Of a stretch of DNA of 64,000 nucleotides, positions 44,128 to 57,149 are shown one piece after another (the first letter of the stretch is position 1; every line of letters begins with the position of its first letter). The stretch is from Mustelus asterias. Taxonomy: Eukaryota. A program made the translations under genes and the position numbers. Location of the stretch: assembly GCF_964213995.1 (NCBI RefSeq), contig NW_027590144.1, forward strand, positions 1,116,001 to 1,180,000, written 5' to 3'. The notes beneath the pieces are model-generated. The model did not search any database and was not told where the DNA came from. It saw nothing but the letters and a program-made list of their open reading frames with translations.

Positions 44128-44772
44128 GGTGCGGGTGCCCTTGTGACTCTCCAGGTTTGGCTATCAGTTGAAGCCTCGTCCACATACAGAACATGGGTAC
44201 AGTCTCTCCCCACTGTGAATGCTGAGATGTTTTTTTCACGTTGTGTAACTGGTTAAAGTTCTTTCCACACTCAGCGCACTGGAACACTGTCTGTAAATCC
44301 TCACCCTCTGATATCCTGTAAAAGGAATTTACAAAAGTCATCAGTGTCAGTACAGGAGAGAAATTCAGAACAGACAATTTCTATGGAACATTCTTTCCTT
44401 TCTCATTCCCCAAAAATCATAAATCTCCATCCCACACACTCTCCCTCCATTCTCACTCTGCTGTATCTAATATTCACCCTCCCAATTCTCCTGAAGGTGC
44501 TGATTGAGGCTGATTGACAGATCCATGCTCACTGCTTCCTGTTCTGGACAAAAAAAGCTGCAAATCTTCAAGCTGACAGCCACGTTAAAGCTTTACAATT
44601 GGACATAAATGAGCAGACTGATGATGGTGTAATACACTGTATCACCTGGTTAGAGAAACATGAAGAATGTGAGGAGGATCTTTATTGAAGCAGCGAGTGG
44701 TGACCTGGAAGTTAAAAATTCAACTCCAGAATGAGAAAAGAAATGGAAGCGGGGAGAGAAGAAAGTGTTTTA

Positions 44773-45098
44773 CTCACAGATGTCGGAGAGACAGGAGGAA
44801 GTTTGAGCCTGTCTGAAGCTCAATGTTCATTCAGAGAGGGAGCAGCAGCAACTTTGCTGGGCAGGAATGAGCAACTGAACAAGCTCATTGTCCACTTCCG
44901 CATTCAGACAATGGGGAGCTCTGATTGGCTGGAGGACCAGAGTCCTTCCGGTCCTCCAACTCCCCCATTGGTCAGCACCTCAGCATAAGGACCAGGGGGT
45001 GGGCACTCTACCGCACGTGCGCAGCTTCCCCTCTCCCTTGGACATGCGCAGCCCTGGGCCTTGGGGGAGTGGACAGAGTACAACTTCCTCCTGTGAGT
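44773..45098. promoter_or_regulatory. Bidirectional ZNF promoter P3 with both exon-1 ends uninterrupted (donors 44778 minus, 45093 plus)
   Basis: 44810-44940 is nearly identical to 7530-7660 and serves as the empty-site reference. Confidence 0.7.
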
Positions 45099-45288
45099 AA
45101 AACACTTTCTTTTCTCCCCCTTTCCATTTCTTTTCTCATTCTGGGGGAAATTGGGGACTTGCAGCAACTGAAGGGAAAGGAAGTGAATCCAGTCTGTACA
45201 TTCCACACATTGTTAGTCCAGTCAGATAGACATATATCTGTCTGGCAGCCTGCATGGAGATTTCCAGCTCTCTGTGTCCAGGACAGGA

Positions 45289-45686
45289 CAGTAAGAAGTT
45301 TAACAACACCAGGTTAAAGTCCAACAGGTTTATTTGGTCGCACAAGCCACTAGCTTTCGGAGCTCCAAGCCCCTTCATCAGGTGAGTGGGAGTTCTGTTC
45401 ACAAACAGGGCATATAAAGACACAGACTCAATTTACAAGATAATGGTTGGAATGCGAGTCTTTACAGGTCATCAAGTCTTAAAAGTACAGACAATGTGAG
45501 TGGAGAGAGGGTTAAGCACAGGTTAAAGAGATGTGTATTGTCTCCAGACAGGACAGTTAGTGAGATTTTGCAAGTCCAGACAAGCTGTGGGGGTTACAGA
45601 TAGTGTGACATGAACCCAAGATCCCGGTTGAGGCCAACCTTGTGTGCGGAACTTGGCTCTCAGTCTCTGCTTAGCGATTCTGTGTT
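45289..45686 (-). mobile_element. Penelope-like 3' fragment at the ZNF exon-2 acceptor
   Basis: Reverse-complement paralog of 12880-13268; TSD GGACAGGA at 45281-45288 and 45687-45694. Confidence 0.85.
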
Positions 45687-46311
45687 GGACAGGAAGCAGT
45701 GAGCATGGACCTGTCAATCAGCCTCAATCAGCACCTTCAGGAGAATTGGGAGGGTGAATATTAGATACAGCAGAGTGAGAATGGAGGGAGAGTGTGTGGG
45801 ATGGAGATTCACAGCTTTTGAGGAATGAGAGAGAAAAGAATGTTCCATAGAAACTGGAACTGTCTGTTCTGAATTTCTATGCTGTGCTGACATTGATGAA
45901 TTTTTACAATAATTTTTACAATAATTACTTTTGTAAATTCCTTTTACAGAATATCAGAAGGTGAGGATTTAAAGACAAAAACTCAAAACTAACATCACAT
46001 CAACATCTGACGGAGTCATTCAATTTATCGGGACCTGAATATTAGCCACATTTGATTCTAGAAGGAGAAATGTTTCCATGTTCTTTCTGCTTCAGAAGAT
46101 TTTAAACATCAGTTTGACTGGAAAAGCACTGAGACACACACACACACACCCGAGTGAGAGTGTTCCAGTGCACTGAGTATGGAAAGAGCTTCAACCAGTT
46201 ACACAGCCTGAAAATACATCGCAGCATTCACAGCGGGGAGAGACTGTACCCGTGTTCTGTGTGAGATTTAACTGATTGTTTAACCTGGAGAGTTACAAGG
46301 ACACCCGTAGC

Positions 46312-47073
46312 ATGGAGAAACCATGGAAATGTGGGGACTGTGGGAAGAGATTCAGGTTCCCATCTCTGCTGGAAACTCATCGACGCAGTCACACCGGGGA
46401 GAGACCATTCACCTGCTCTGATTGTGGGAAGGGATTCAGGTTCCCATGTGAGCTGGAAACACACCATTACAATCACACTGGGGAGAGACCGTTCACCTGC
46501 TCTGTGTGTGAGAAGGGATTTACTCGGTTATCCCACTTGCTGACACACAATCTCACTCACACCAATGAGAGACCGTTTAAATGCTCTGACTGTGGGAGTG
46601 GCTTCAAAAGCTCTTGGGAACTGGTGAAACACCAGCGCATTCACACTGGGGAGAGGCCGTTCACCTGTCCTGTGTGTGGGAAGGGATTCACTACTTCAGC
46701 CGGTCTGCACAATCACAATCTCACTCACACCCAGGACAGACCCTTTAAATGCTCTGAATGTGGGAGTGGTTTCAAAAGCTCTCAGTATCTGATGAGACAC
46801 CAGCGCATTCACACTGAGGAGAGACTGTTCAGCTGCTCTCATTGCTCAAAGAGATTTAAAACGTCGTACTCCCTGCTGACACACCAGCGCATTCACACTG
46901 AGGAGAGACCATTCAGCTGCTCTCACTGCACAAAGAGATTTAGAAGGTCATCCAACCTGTGGGAACACCAGCGGGTTCACACCGGGGAGAGACCATTCAC
47001 CTGCTCTGTGTGTGGGAAGGGATTCACTTATTCATCCAACCTGCTGACACACAAAGCCACTCACGCCAATTAG
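46312..47073 (+). CDS. ZNF-E: C2H2 zinc-finger protein, 9 fingers, truncated by GAG->TAG
   Basis: MEKPWKC start; linker TNERPF reads HAN*RTF. Confidence 0.85.
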   Translation: MEKPWKCGDCGKRFRFPSLLETHRRSHTGERPFTCSDCGKGFRFPCELETHHYNHTGERPFTCSVCEKGFTRLSHLLTHNLTHTNERPFKCSDCGSGFKSSWELVKHQRIHTGERPFTCPVCGKGFTTSAGLHNHNLTHTQDRPFKCSECGSGFKSSQYLMRHQRIHTEERLFSCSHCSKRFKTSYSLLTHQRIHTEERPFSCSHCTKRFRRSSNLWEHQRVHTGERPFTCSVCGKGFTYSSNLLTHKATHAN

Positions 47074-47882
47074 AGAACCTTTAAACATTCTGACTGTGGG
47101 AGTGGCTTCAAAAGCTCTCGGAAACTGATGATCCACCAGCGCATTCACACTGAGGAGGGGCCGCTCAGCTGCTCCGTGTGTGGGAAAGGGTTCAGTGATT
47201 CATCCCAGTCTGCGGGCACACCATCGAGTTCACACTCGGGATGGACCATTCACCTGCTCTGTGTGTGGGATGGGTTTCACTCAGTCATCCCACCTGTGGA
47301 TGCACCAGCGAGTTCACACCAGGGAGAGACCATTCACCTTCACTCCGACATCCAGCTGCTGAAACACAAAGCCACTCACACCAAGGACAGACTCTTTAAA
47401 TGCTCTGACTAAGAGGCTGGACTCAAAAGCTCTCAGGAACTGATGATCCACCAGCGCATTCACAGGGGAGAGGCCGTTCAGCTGCTCTGACTCTGGGCAT
47501 GGCTCCAAAAGCTCTGACTAACTGGTGTCCCGCCAGTGCATTCACACTGAGGAGAGACTGTTCCCCTGCTCTCACTGCACAAAGAGGTTTAGAATATCTT
47601 CAGCTGAAACACCAGTGAGTTCACACTGGGGAGAGACTATTCACCTGCTCTGTGTGTTGGGAAGGATTTCCTTGGTTATCCAGCCTGCGCAGACACAAAG
47701 TCACTCACACCCAGGAGAGACCCTTTAAGTGTTTTGACTGTGGGAGTGGCTTCAAAAGCTCTCGGGAACTGATGTCCCACCTGTGAGTTCACACTGGGAA
47801 GAGACCATTCACCTGCTCTGACTGTAGGAAGGGATTCACTCGGTCAACAAACTTAGTGAAACACCAGCAAGTTCACAAGTGA
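47074..47882 (+). pseudogene. Frameshifted/decayed downstream fingers of ZNF-E
   Basis: Repeated CACACTGGGGAGAGACCATTCACCTGCTCT-type units with indels and stops. Confidence 0.85.
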
Positions 47883-47966
47883 TTCGAGTTCTGGGATTAT
47901 TCTTGTGAACCTTACTTGCCCCTCCTCCAGTGCCTTCACTTCCTTTTTCTAAATGGAGATCACAAA

Positions 47967-49740
47967 TAGAACGTAGAACAGTACAGCTCAGGAACAGACC
48001 CTTCAGCCCACCATGTTGTGTCGAACATGAAGCCAAATTAAACTATTCCTTTCTGCCTGCCCTTGGTCCATATCCCTCTATTCCTTGCATATTCATGTGC
48101 TTATCTAAAAGCCCATTAAAGATAATGGGCCTCATCCACCCCTGGCAGCGCGTTCCAGCCACCTACCACTCTCTGTGTTATAAAAGTTGCCCCTCACATC
48201 TCCTTTGAACTTTCCCCGTCTCTCCTGAAGTGCATGCCTCCTAGTAATAGACATTTCAACTCTGGGAAAAAGATTCTGACTGTCAACCCTATCTATGTGT
48301 GCAGTATTGGTCCCCTTATATGAGGAAGGATATATTGGCATTGGAGGGAGTGCAGAGAAGGTTCACCAGGTTGATACCGGAGATGAGGGGTTTGGATTAT
48401 GAGGAGAGGCTGAGGAGATTGGGTTTGTACTCGTTGGAGTTTAGAAGGATGAGGGGGGGATCTTATGGAGACTTATAAGATAATGCGGGGGCTGGATAGG
48501 GTGGAGGCGGAGAGATTCTTTCCACTTAGTAAGGAAGTTAAAACTAGAGGACACAGCCTCAAAATAAAGGGGGGTCGGTTTAAGACAGAGTTGAGGAGGA
48601 ACTTCTTCTCCCAGAGGGTGGTGAATCTCTGGAATTCTCTGCCCACTGAGGTGGTGGAGGCTACCTCGCTGAATATGTTTAAAGCGCGGATGGATGGATT
48701 CCTGATCGGTAAGGGAATTAAGGGTTATGGGGATCAGGCGGGTAAGTGGTACTGATCCACGTCAGATCAGCCATGATCTTATTGAATGGCGGGGCAGGCT
48801 CGAGGGGCTAGATGGCCTACTCCTGCTCCTATTTCTTATGTTCTTATGTTCTTATGTCTCTTATCATTTCATAGACTTCTATCAGGTCTCCCCTCAGCCT
48901 CCGCTGCTTCAGAGAAAGCAACCCTAGTTTGTCCAGCCTCTCCTTATAGCTCGTACCCTCTAATCCAGGCAGCATCCTGGTAAACCTCTTCTGCACCCTC
49001 TCCAAATCCTCTACATCTTCCTGTAACGTGGCAACCAGAATTAAATACAATATTCTGAGTGCGGCCTAACCAAAGTTTTATAAAGCTGCAACATGACATC
49101 CTTACTCTTGTACTCAATAAAGGCAAGCATGCCATATGCCTTCTTTACCACTTATTTATTTTTGTGGCCAATTTCAGGGAACTGTGAATTGGAACCCCAA
49201 GATCCCTCTTTGCATCAATGTTGTTCAGGGACCTGCCATTAACTGTATACTTATCCTTAATATTTGATCTCCCAAAGTGCAGTATCTCACACTTGCCCAG
49301 ATTAAACTCTATCTGCCATTTCTCCAACCATATCTCCAGCTGATTTATATCCCACTGTATCGTTTGACAACCTTCTACATTATTTACAACTCTATCTAGC
49401 TTTGTGTTGTCTGCAAACGTACTAACCCACACATCCACATTTTCATCCAAGTCATTTATATTTATCACAAACAGCAGAGGTCCCAGTACGGATCCCTGTG
49501 GAACACCACTAGTCACTGACTTCCAGCCAGAAAAACACCCTCCACCACTACTCTCTGACTTCTATGGGCAAGTCAATTCTGAATCCAAGCGGCCAAGTCA
49601 CCGTGAATCCCATGCATCTTAATCTTCTGGATGAGCCGATCATGAGGGACCTTGTCGAAAGCCTTACTAAAATCCATGTACACAACATCCACTGCTCTAC
49701 CCTCATCGATCACCTTCGTCACCTCCCCGATAAAATCAAT
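47967..49740 (-). mobile_element. CR1 LINE split by an antisense CR1 fragment (~48297-48857, plus)
   Basis: Minus ORFs 48132-48341, 48844-49050, 49145-49516 and 49573-49854; plus ORF 48465-48755 with (TTCTTATG)n tail. Confidence 0.88.
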
Positions 49741-50384
49741 CCAGTTAGTAAGATGTTGACGGTGCTCCCACTGCAGTCCTGTGATGAAAATATAGACTGG
49801 TTGGTGAAATGTAGATAACAGGTAGAATTGATATCTAATGAGGACTTTATACATTAGAATTGAATACAGGGCTCATTGTTACTAACGGGGAAAGAAGGGT
49901 TAAAACCCTTACCCAGAACCCTTTTCACACACACGTGGACATCTCTGAATCTGACACACACCAAATGGAACGTTACACAAGGGGCTGGAATTCACTGGAA
50001 TTTCTGAACAACCTTTCAATAGAAATGTCCTGGTACCGACTGTGACAAAGGACACAACAGACAGCAAGAACCAGGAGGAACCTTTAACACAGAGAATGTT
50101 AATAACCTTGTTCAGGACACCGGTGCCAGGCACAGGAGGATCCCAGGAAAAAACAGAACATTTAATTTCTGTCTGTTTCATAATTCTAAATGACTGATTC
50201 TTTATCAAAGGAATGTTTAAAAACAGCATTGTGATATTCCAAGGTCAACTGTGTCTGGGAAAGGGGCACACTGATGTGTTTTTATTTTAAACAGGAGGAT
50301 CCATTGAAAAGCAGCTCTGGGCGATACGAGCACCTCCTGACCTACTTTCAATTCATTTCAAATCACCCATCACTTTCCCTGGAA

Positions 50385-50768
50385 TATTCTTTATTCTTTC
50401 CTGGGATGTGGACACTGCTGGCAAAGCCCCAGCACACGTTGCTCAGCTCCTAATTGCCCCTGAACGGAGTGACTTGCTCAGCCATTTCAGAGGGACAGTT
50501 AAGAGTCACCCACATCGCTGTGTGGGTCTGGATTCACATGTAGGCCAGACCGGGTAAGGATGGCAGATTTCCTTCCCTAATAGGGTGCATTAATAGGGTG
50601 AACCGGATGGGTTTTTACAACAATCGATGATAGTTTCATGGTCACCGTTTCTGAGACTAACTTTATATAATTCCAGATTGATTCACTGAATTCAAATCCC
50701 ACCAGCTGCCTCTCCCCAGATCCTTTGCTGCGTCTCTGCATTACTCGGCCAGAGACATTCCCACCACC
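50385..50768 (-). mobile_element. SacSINE1/DeuSINE-like SINE
   Basis: RC contains TTGTAAAAACCCATCCGGTTCAC...AGGGAAGGAAATCTGCC...GGCCTACATGTGA (Deu-domain-like). Confidence 0.7.
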
Positions 50769-51900
50769 TCCCCCTGAATGGAATATTCCACACAACCCTA
50801 AGTTAAACAGGAAGGAGAAAAGAGAAAGGCTTTGACCTTTGGATGACCTCATCACAGACTCAAGAAACCTTAAAGCTGACCATTCTGTAAAAAATTTAAA
50901 ACTTAATTTTTACAAAACACAGTAAGAAACAGGTGAAAAGTAATGATGGACATTCTGACTGACATCAGAAACATTGATTGACCGGATAAACACTCACTAC
51001 ATCACAGAGCGATCCTCAACCATTAAAGAATTGACCCACAATAAGGAATGAGAGAGCCTTATAAAAAGGGGCAGGAGTTTACACAGAGAGGTGACACCCA
51101 CAGCTGCTCAGGATGATGGAATTCAGTTCAGGAAGGGGATAAAGTGAGAAGATTTTGCGATTCAAGGCAGAAGTATTGAACAATCTGGAATCAGTGCTTC
51201 TCGAGTTTGCTGACGAGCCGAACACTTCAATTAATCTCATCATAAAAACCCCCCAGTGTAAATAACATGGATTTGACTGACAAATGTTGAAGTGTTGGCT
51301 TAGAGACACAAGTTTTGATTTCCCATTTGAGCCTGGGGCACCTTTCTGTCTCTCTATTGCTTGTGCCAATGACAGCCAGGCGATGGAGCTGAGGGCTGAA
51401 TTTAGCTGAGATTAACGGGCCTGCATGTCAGTTGGGAAACTGCCCTGGGTGTTGCACTAATAGAGAGACAGGAATGTGCTGGAGGACTGACTGGGCAATG
51501 GGCCTCCAACCAATCAGGGCACCGGAGGAGGTGACCAGGGCTGATGGTGACGTGACCCTGGGTTCAGTGTCCCTGTGTCCAAAGCGGGGAGTCACAGGAA
51601 CAGGGTACAAAGGAGCTGAAGAAACACGATTTGTGTCCAGATCATTGTGAATATCCTTTTACTCTGGTTGTCTTTGATCCTCAAGTCATTTTCTGTTTGT
51701 TTTAACCATGTTCTGTTTCATTAATAAACTTTTATCAGTAAAAATATTTGATTGTTCTGGACCTTTCCTGATGAGATTGATGCACTTTAGGGAAAGTGGG
51801 TGAGAGGGGTTGACAGGCTCTTTAACAGAAAGTGAATCCCTCTAAGGTAATTGGCAAAGGAGCCAGAGGGGGAGATGGGATTTTATTTTTGACTCAGTGA

Positions 51901-53220
51901 TGTTAGAAAATGGGGTTCAGGGAGTCAATTAACCCTTTCTCCCCTTTTCCCAAACTCTGAAATGATTCCCAGTGATAACCCTTATTGGTGACAGTGGTAA
52001 GATTTTATTCAGTATCAATAAGAGCTGACACAGGCTAATGTCTGAGCAGTCAAAGAACAAAGAACAGTACAGCACAGGAAACAGGCCCTTCGGCCCTCCA
52101 AGCATGTGCTGCTCCTTGGTCCAATGAGACCAATCGTTTGTATCCCTCCATTCCCAGGCTGCTCATGTGACTATCCAGGTAAGTCTTAAACGATGTCAGC
52201 GTGCCTGCCTCCACCACCCTACTTGGCAGCGCATTCCAGGCCCCCACCACCCTCTGTGTAAAAAACGTCCCTCTGATATCTGAGTTATACTTCGCCCCTC
52301 TCACCTTGAGCCCGTGACCCCTCGTGATCGTCACCTCCGACCTGGGAAAAAGCTTCCCACTGTTCACCCTATCCATACCCTTCATAATCTTGTACACCTC
52401 TATTAGATCTCGCCTCATTCTCCGTCATTCCAGGGAGAACAACCCCAGTTTCCCCAATCTCTCCTCATAGCTAAGACCCTCCATACCAGGCAACCAGTCG
52501 TATCAAAGTGCAGCAGCATTACCATTACACTCTGGGTAGAAGCAGCATCTCCACGGAAATGCTCCCTGCTCTGCCCCAGATGCCATGGCACCAGTCAATG
52601 CAAAATGTAAAACCTCGACAAATCTCTGTGCTCGGGGAATCCCTTCTTATACTTTGTTACATCACAAAGACTATGGAGACTGATTTAACCCAATCATTGC
52701 CCAGCTAACATTTGAACGGACCAATTACAAAACCTGTCATTGAACCATCTGTACCTGCCCAAGCCACGTCAAACTCTAAAACCAATTGTCTTCCCATGCT
52801 CCGTCCCTGGTACAGGGAGTCAGCATTCCCATGCCAAACAGTGAAAACATGGTGGCCTTGACACACAGGTGTCATCTAGGATTCAAGGCCCTCCTGTATT
52901 CTCTGTCCTCTGGGAGCTGTTTATCTCCCTGTTCCCACACAGCAAGTCGTCTGTTCTCAGCTCTGCTGGATTTCTGCTGAAGTTTGGCCCCTTTTACCCC
53001 TTTTGGATCAATAAAACATTTGGTCAATGACCCAAACCACAATTTCCCATCCTGTCACCTGTCAACCATCCTTACCCCGAGCGTAATCACAACAGGAATA
53101 AAAACAGGAGAAGTGTAACAATCAAATTCAAAATAAATGCACAGCCAGTCATAGAATTTAATTTAATATTCACTAATTAGCAAGAAAACCCAAAGTAGGG
53201 GGTCCCCCAGGATTCTTACA
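51901..53220. mobile_element. Possible solo LTR (TGT...ACA with short inverted ends), interrupted by a CR1 fragment
   Basis: TGTTAGAA...TTCTTACA; interrupts homology with the 24230-24515 paralogous block exactly at 51901. Confidence 0.4.
52051..52494 (-). mobile_element. CR1 3' fragment nearly identical to 38246-38688
   Basis: Near-identical peptide and 3'UTR, with the same in-frame TGA. Confidence 0.9.
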
Positions 53221-54712
53221 GTCCACACCTTGAGGGGGGAGAACTCTCTCTCTCTGACACTCACTCAATTTCACTCCATTATTTTCCAGTTCTGTTCTGG
53301 CCCCGCCTGGGGTAACATCTAATCGATCTTTCCTACTACTGAAGGAGCACCGTGAGTTCTAGGTTACTAGTACATAAGGACAGATGCTTCAAGCAACAGA
53401 TCAAGCATGGATGTAAAAGATTCTCCAGCTCTCTCTTTACCCCTGTCCAAATTGTGGACAGTTTTTACTCAGTATTATTTCTTCCAAGCCCTTATTTGTC
53501 CTAATCTATAATATTATCATTTTACTGTAATTTTCCTCACTTTGTGAGCATGTGCAGTGTGTTTAATTGGACCCTGATTGTTTTGAACTCAGTTTCTCTG
53601 GAGTGTGTGTCAATGCCTTGATGATGTCACAATGTTGTCTCAATCCCCTGGCCACATGAACCATTTCATCTCCTGCTGTGTCTCAAGTAGCTGTGTGTGT
53701 TTGGGACCCGCTCTTCACTCCATCTCACCATGAATTTAGGCTTGCTATTTTTCACATGTAACAAATCACATCTGTACACTCACTCCGGTGTCCCAAAATC
53801 ATGTCACACATTCTTAACTCTCAGATGCACGAATGAAATTATCAAAATGTGCCTGTCTTTCTTATCTCCCCCTGTTATGGTGCTGATGTTTCATGGAGTG
53901 GCCGGGCTTTCAAGTGTGGAGTTCTTTGAAACAAAGTTCATGGACAAGGATGTAAATATCTCCCAGAGAAAGTGATCAACTTATTCATCCCATCTACACA
54001 TTCCAGCCTTTCACTAGACTGTAGGTGGATACCAGATTGATATATTCCATTCAACCACACCCAAGGTGAGTTATTCCAATTCCCTTATTGTCCTGTATTT
54101 CTTACAACTAACCACAGGAGACCCAGGGACATGTTACAATAGTTTATTCATGATTCATGCCTGGAGGGAACAACCCCAGAGAAAGCTCTGGAGGAGCACC
54201 CTCCTGTGATACAGCTCAAAGTCACAGCTCTGACACAGCTCTCTAATACAGTAATCACAGAGACATCACTCTAATACAACTCTCAGCTCCAAGTCACAGA
54301 TACAGACAGCTTACACAGTTATTGAAGACAGTGAAAAATGCAAGGGTTGTGAGGAAGAATATTTTGATGCAGCGAATGGTAATGATCTGGAACTCACTGC
54401 CTATGATGGTGGAGGAAGTTGAGACAATAAATAATTACAAAGGAAATTGGATGGGTATTTGTGGGGTTTCAAACAGAAATGCTGACTAAATATCTCTTAC
54501 CTTCCTAACACATTGTCACTCAGTAATCCTTGTGAAAGTTGAAACCAGGTATTTGCAACAAGATTCAAAGTGCATCAGCCCACTGGAGGCAAAGTCCAAC
54601 AGAAAGAAATCCTCCGACCCTCCCCATTGGCCAACTGTGAGAATGAACAAAATGCAGTCCTGGATGTAATTGAGAGCAGAAACAATAACAGCAGAATCCA
54701 ACCCCTGGAATC

Positions 54713-54822
54713 ACTCGTGAACCTGTTGGTGTCTCAGCAGCTGGGATGAAACTCTGAATCCCTTCCCACACAGAGCAGGTGAACGGCCTCTCCCCAGTGT
54801 GAACTCGCTGGTGTGTCTGCAG
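54713..54822 (-). pseudogene. ZNF-F remnant: last finger and 3'UTR of a ZNF-B-type gene
   Basis: 54345-54770 is paralogous to 28470-28900; RC reads [17 protein letters not shown]...[10 protein letters not shown]. Confidence 0.8.
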
Positions 54823-55683
54823 ATTGTGACTCTATGACTCTATCTCACCTTCCTGATTCTCCCAGATACTGATTACAGATGAGTCAGCCTCCGATTTGAA
54901 TGGATGAAGGAGATATCATTATGCTGTGTTGTATAATGCGATTGGCTGAGCAATTTGTCAGGAATTATTATTGATGTATGTTTACTGAACGTAATTGATT
55001 CTTAAACTAATATGAGGTCGGAACGATCGGTACGAAAATCTATAATTGATCTGTTATTGATGGTACACGTGAGATGCATCGGAAAGATCCTGCCGCTCTG
55101 TTCCAGAGCTACTTAACCCTTTTGGTCATCTCCAAGCAGCTGATAGTTCTGTTTTTGTTTTAAATAAATGTTCCGTCCTTACACAGAGATATCTGCCACG
55201 TGAGTTTTATATTGTCTGTAGTTAAATACAGTATTGGTTATCTCAAATTATCCAATAATAGCACTCGCCTTAATTTGGAAATTTGTAATCTATTATGTGC
55301 TTATGTGAAATGCACCTCAGTCTCTTGGTTTCACCTCATGGTTTGCACCTCTGCTCTGTATGTGTTCTCTATCTAGCTTGTGGCATGTCTGCCTTGTAAG
55401 TATTTCATCGGACGAAATATAGAGAGATTTACACTGTTAACCCACGCTGCAGCGACACTGATAGTTTTTTTAAGGGGCAGTGTAAAGGAAACTATCTTCT
55501 GCCACACACTGTCCTGCATCGGCCTCTGATGAAACAGAGCCTTTGCTTTTTAGAATGACCTGAAACTCGGTCAGTGACAGACCAGTTTATGAGTGAAATC
55601 ACCGAGGTTCTCCTCATTCTTCACTCGCTCTGTCTCTGGATTTTATCATAAAAAGGCAGAGATGAAGGTGTCTTTATACGGAT

Positions 55684-55702
55684 TGGCCACTGGGTGGCGC
55701 AG
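55684..55702 (+). promoter_or_regulatory. Candidate CTCF binding site
   Basis: TGGCCACTGGGTGGCGCAG versus consensus TGGCCACCAGGGGGCGCTA. Confidence 0.5.
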
Positions 55703-56330
55703 TGACTCTTTCACTGAACGGCCTTGAGTTCAAACACATCCCGCACAGGACTGGGGAACAGACATGTCTGGGAAAGAGGGGAAACCGTATAATATGGAAT
55801 ATGGGGCGGAGTTGATGGGCTTTGGAAAACGGAATTAAGCCAAGCCAGAGATGGTTAAATTTTCATTCAATATTTATTTTAAAAATTCAGAGAATATTTT
55901 ACAGCGACATTATTTTTTAAAGTTAGAAAAGTGAATTTAACGATCGAGCTTCACATTGAGAACACAACACATGCACAGGGAATCCGTCAATATTTGTACA
56001 TCTGTTACATACACCAGAAAGAGAAAACAGGACCTTAATAGAAAGAGGAATTAACAAATATGGATAAGGAATGAGAAAAGTTTCTTATTTATACATGATA
56101 TTTAAACTATGGGGAAACTGTTAACCACAATTACATTATAACAAAAAATGCCTCGTGCTTTTCACTCTGAAAACTGAAATACCGTCTATGATTGTCTCAG
56201 TTACAGATTCAGAATGATAAACTGAGAGAATTTTACTGATAGAGTCACCAAGAGCAGATATTGTATTTGTGTCATACGGAGATCATAATAATCAGCTGAG
56301 GGAAATCTGCAGCTTCCAAAATTCAACCCA

Positions 56331-56339
56331 TCACTTGAT
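56331..56339 (-). CDS. IGHM: IgM TM2 exon (IK*)
   Basis: TTCTTTTACAG|ATC AAG TGA; candidate AATAAA at 55873-55878. Confidence 0.85.
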   Translation of the reverse strand: MK

Positions 56340-56475
56340 CTGTAAAAGAAAGATACAATAATGAAGCAGTTGTTTATGATGCGGGATATTAAAGTTAGAG
56401 TTTTTAATGGAACATTGAGAGATTTTTCAAATCCATTCTGTCAGTTTGATATGTGAGTGCATTCAATCATCTCAC

Positions 56476-56603
56476 CTTCACCAGAGTGACCGCAGTGCTG
56501 TAGAAAATGCTCAGGAAGAACAGGACAATGAATGTGGAAGCCGTTGTCCAGATGTTACTGTTATCATCCTCATTGTCTTCAATCCAGATGCGGTCGGTGG
56601 AGT
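56476..56603 (-). CDS. IGHM: IgM TM1 exon
   Basis: CCCCTAG|...|GTGAGA; DSTDRIWIEDNEDDNSNIWTTASTFIVLFFLSIFYSTAVTLVK with the conserved antigen-receptor TM motif. Confidence 0.93.
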
Positions 56604-57149
56604 CTAGGGGACGGAGACCAGGATATGAAATTAGATTACTTTGTTTATCCAGGTAATCTTATTGTTATTTTTCTTTTCCCCGTTCTCCTTTTTAAACTGT
56701 TCATTTATTCTTGAACCTAATTTTCAATGTATACCTACTCTTAAGCTCAGGACACTCAGTAACCGATCTCCGTCACTATTTTCACACCTGATCTTTATTG
56801 ACATTCCTTGGACAGTCCATGTCAAAAAGCACTGAAGATGTTTTCTCGAAAATCAGTTGATTTTTTGACAATTCGGAACTATCCCTTATTGAAGAGTATT
56901 ATCACTGATATCGAGGAACGTTCACTGATCAATGATTGTTTTCACAGATGGTTACTGATCTGTAAACTGTGAATGTTGTTGTTTAAGAGTTGGGATGTAA
57001 TTTCCGATCTGCGCTTCTTTATGGTGGAAATGTTTAGTAGATCGTGAGCTTAATTCAGTTTCTCAACGTGTTTATCTGTTCATTGTACATTGGGATAATA
57101 AATCTGTGGATATCTCCATTAAAAAGTCACGTTTAAATTTTACTTTCAT

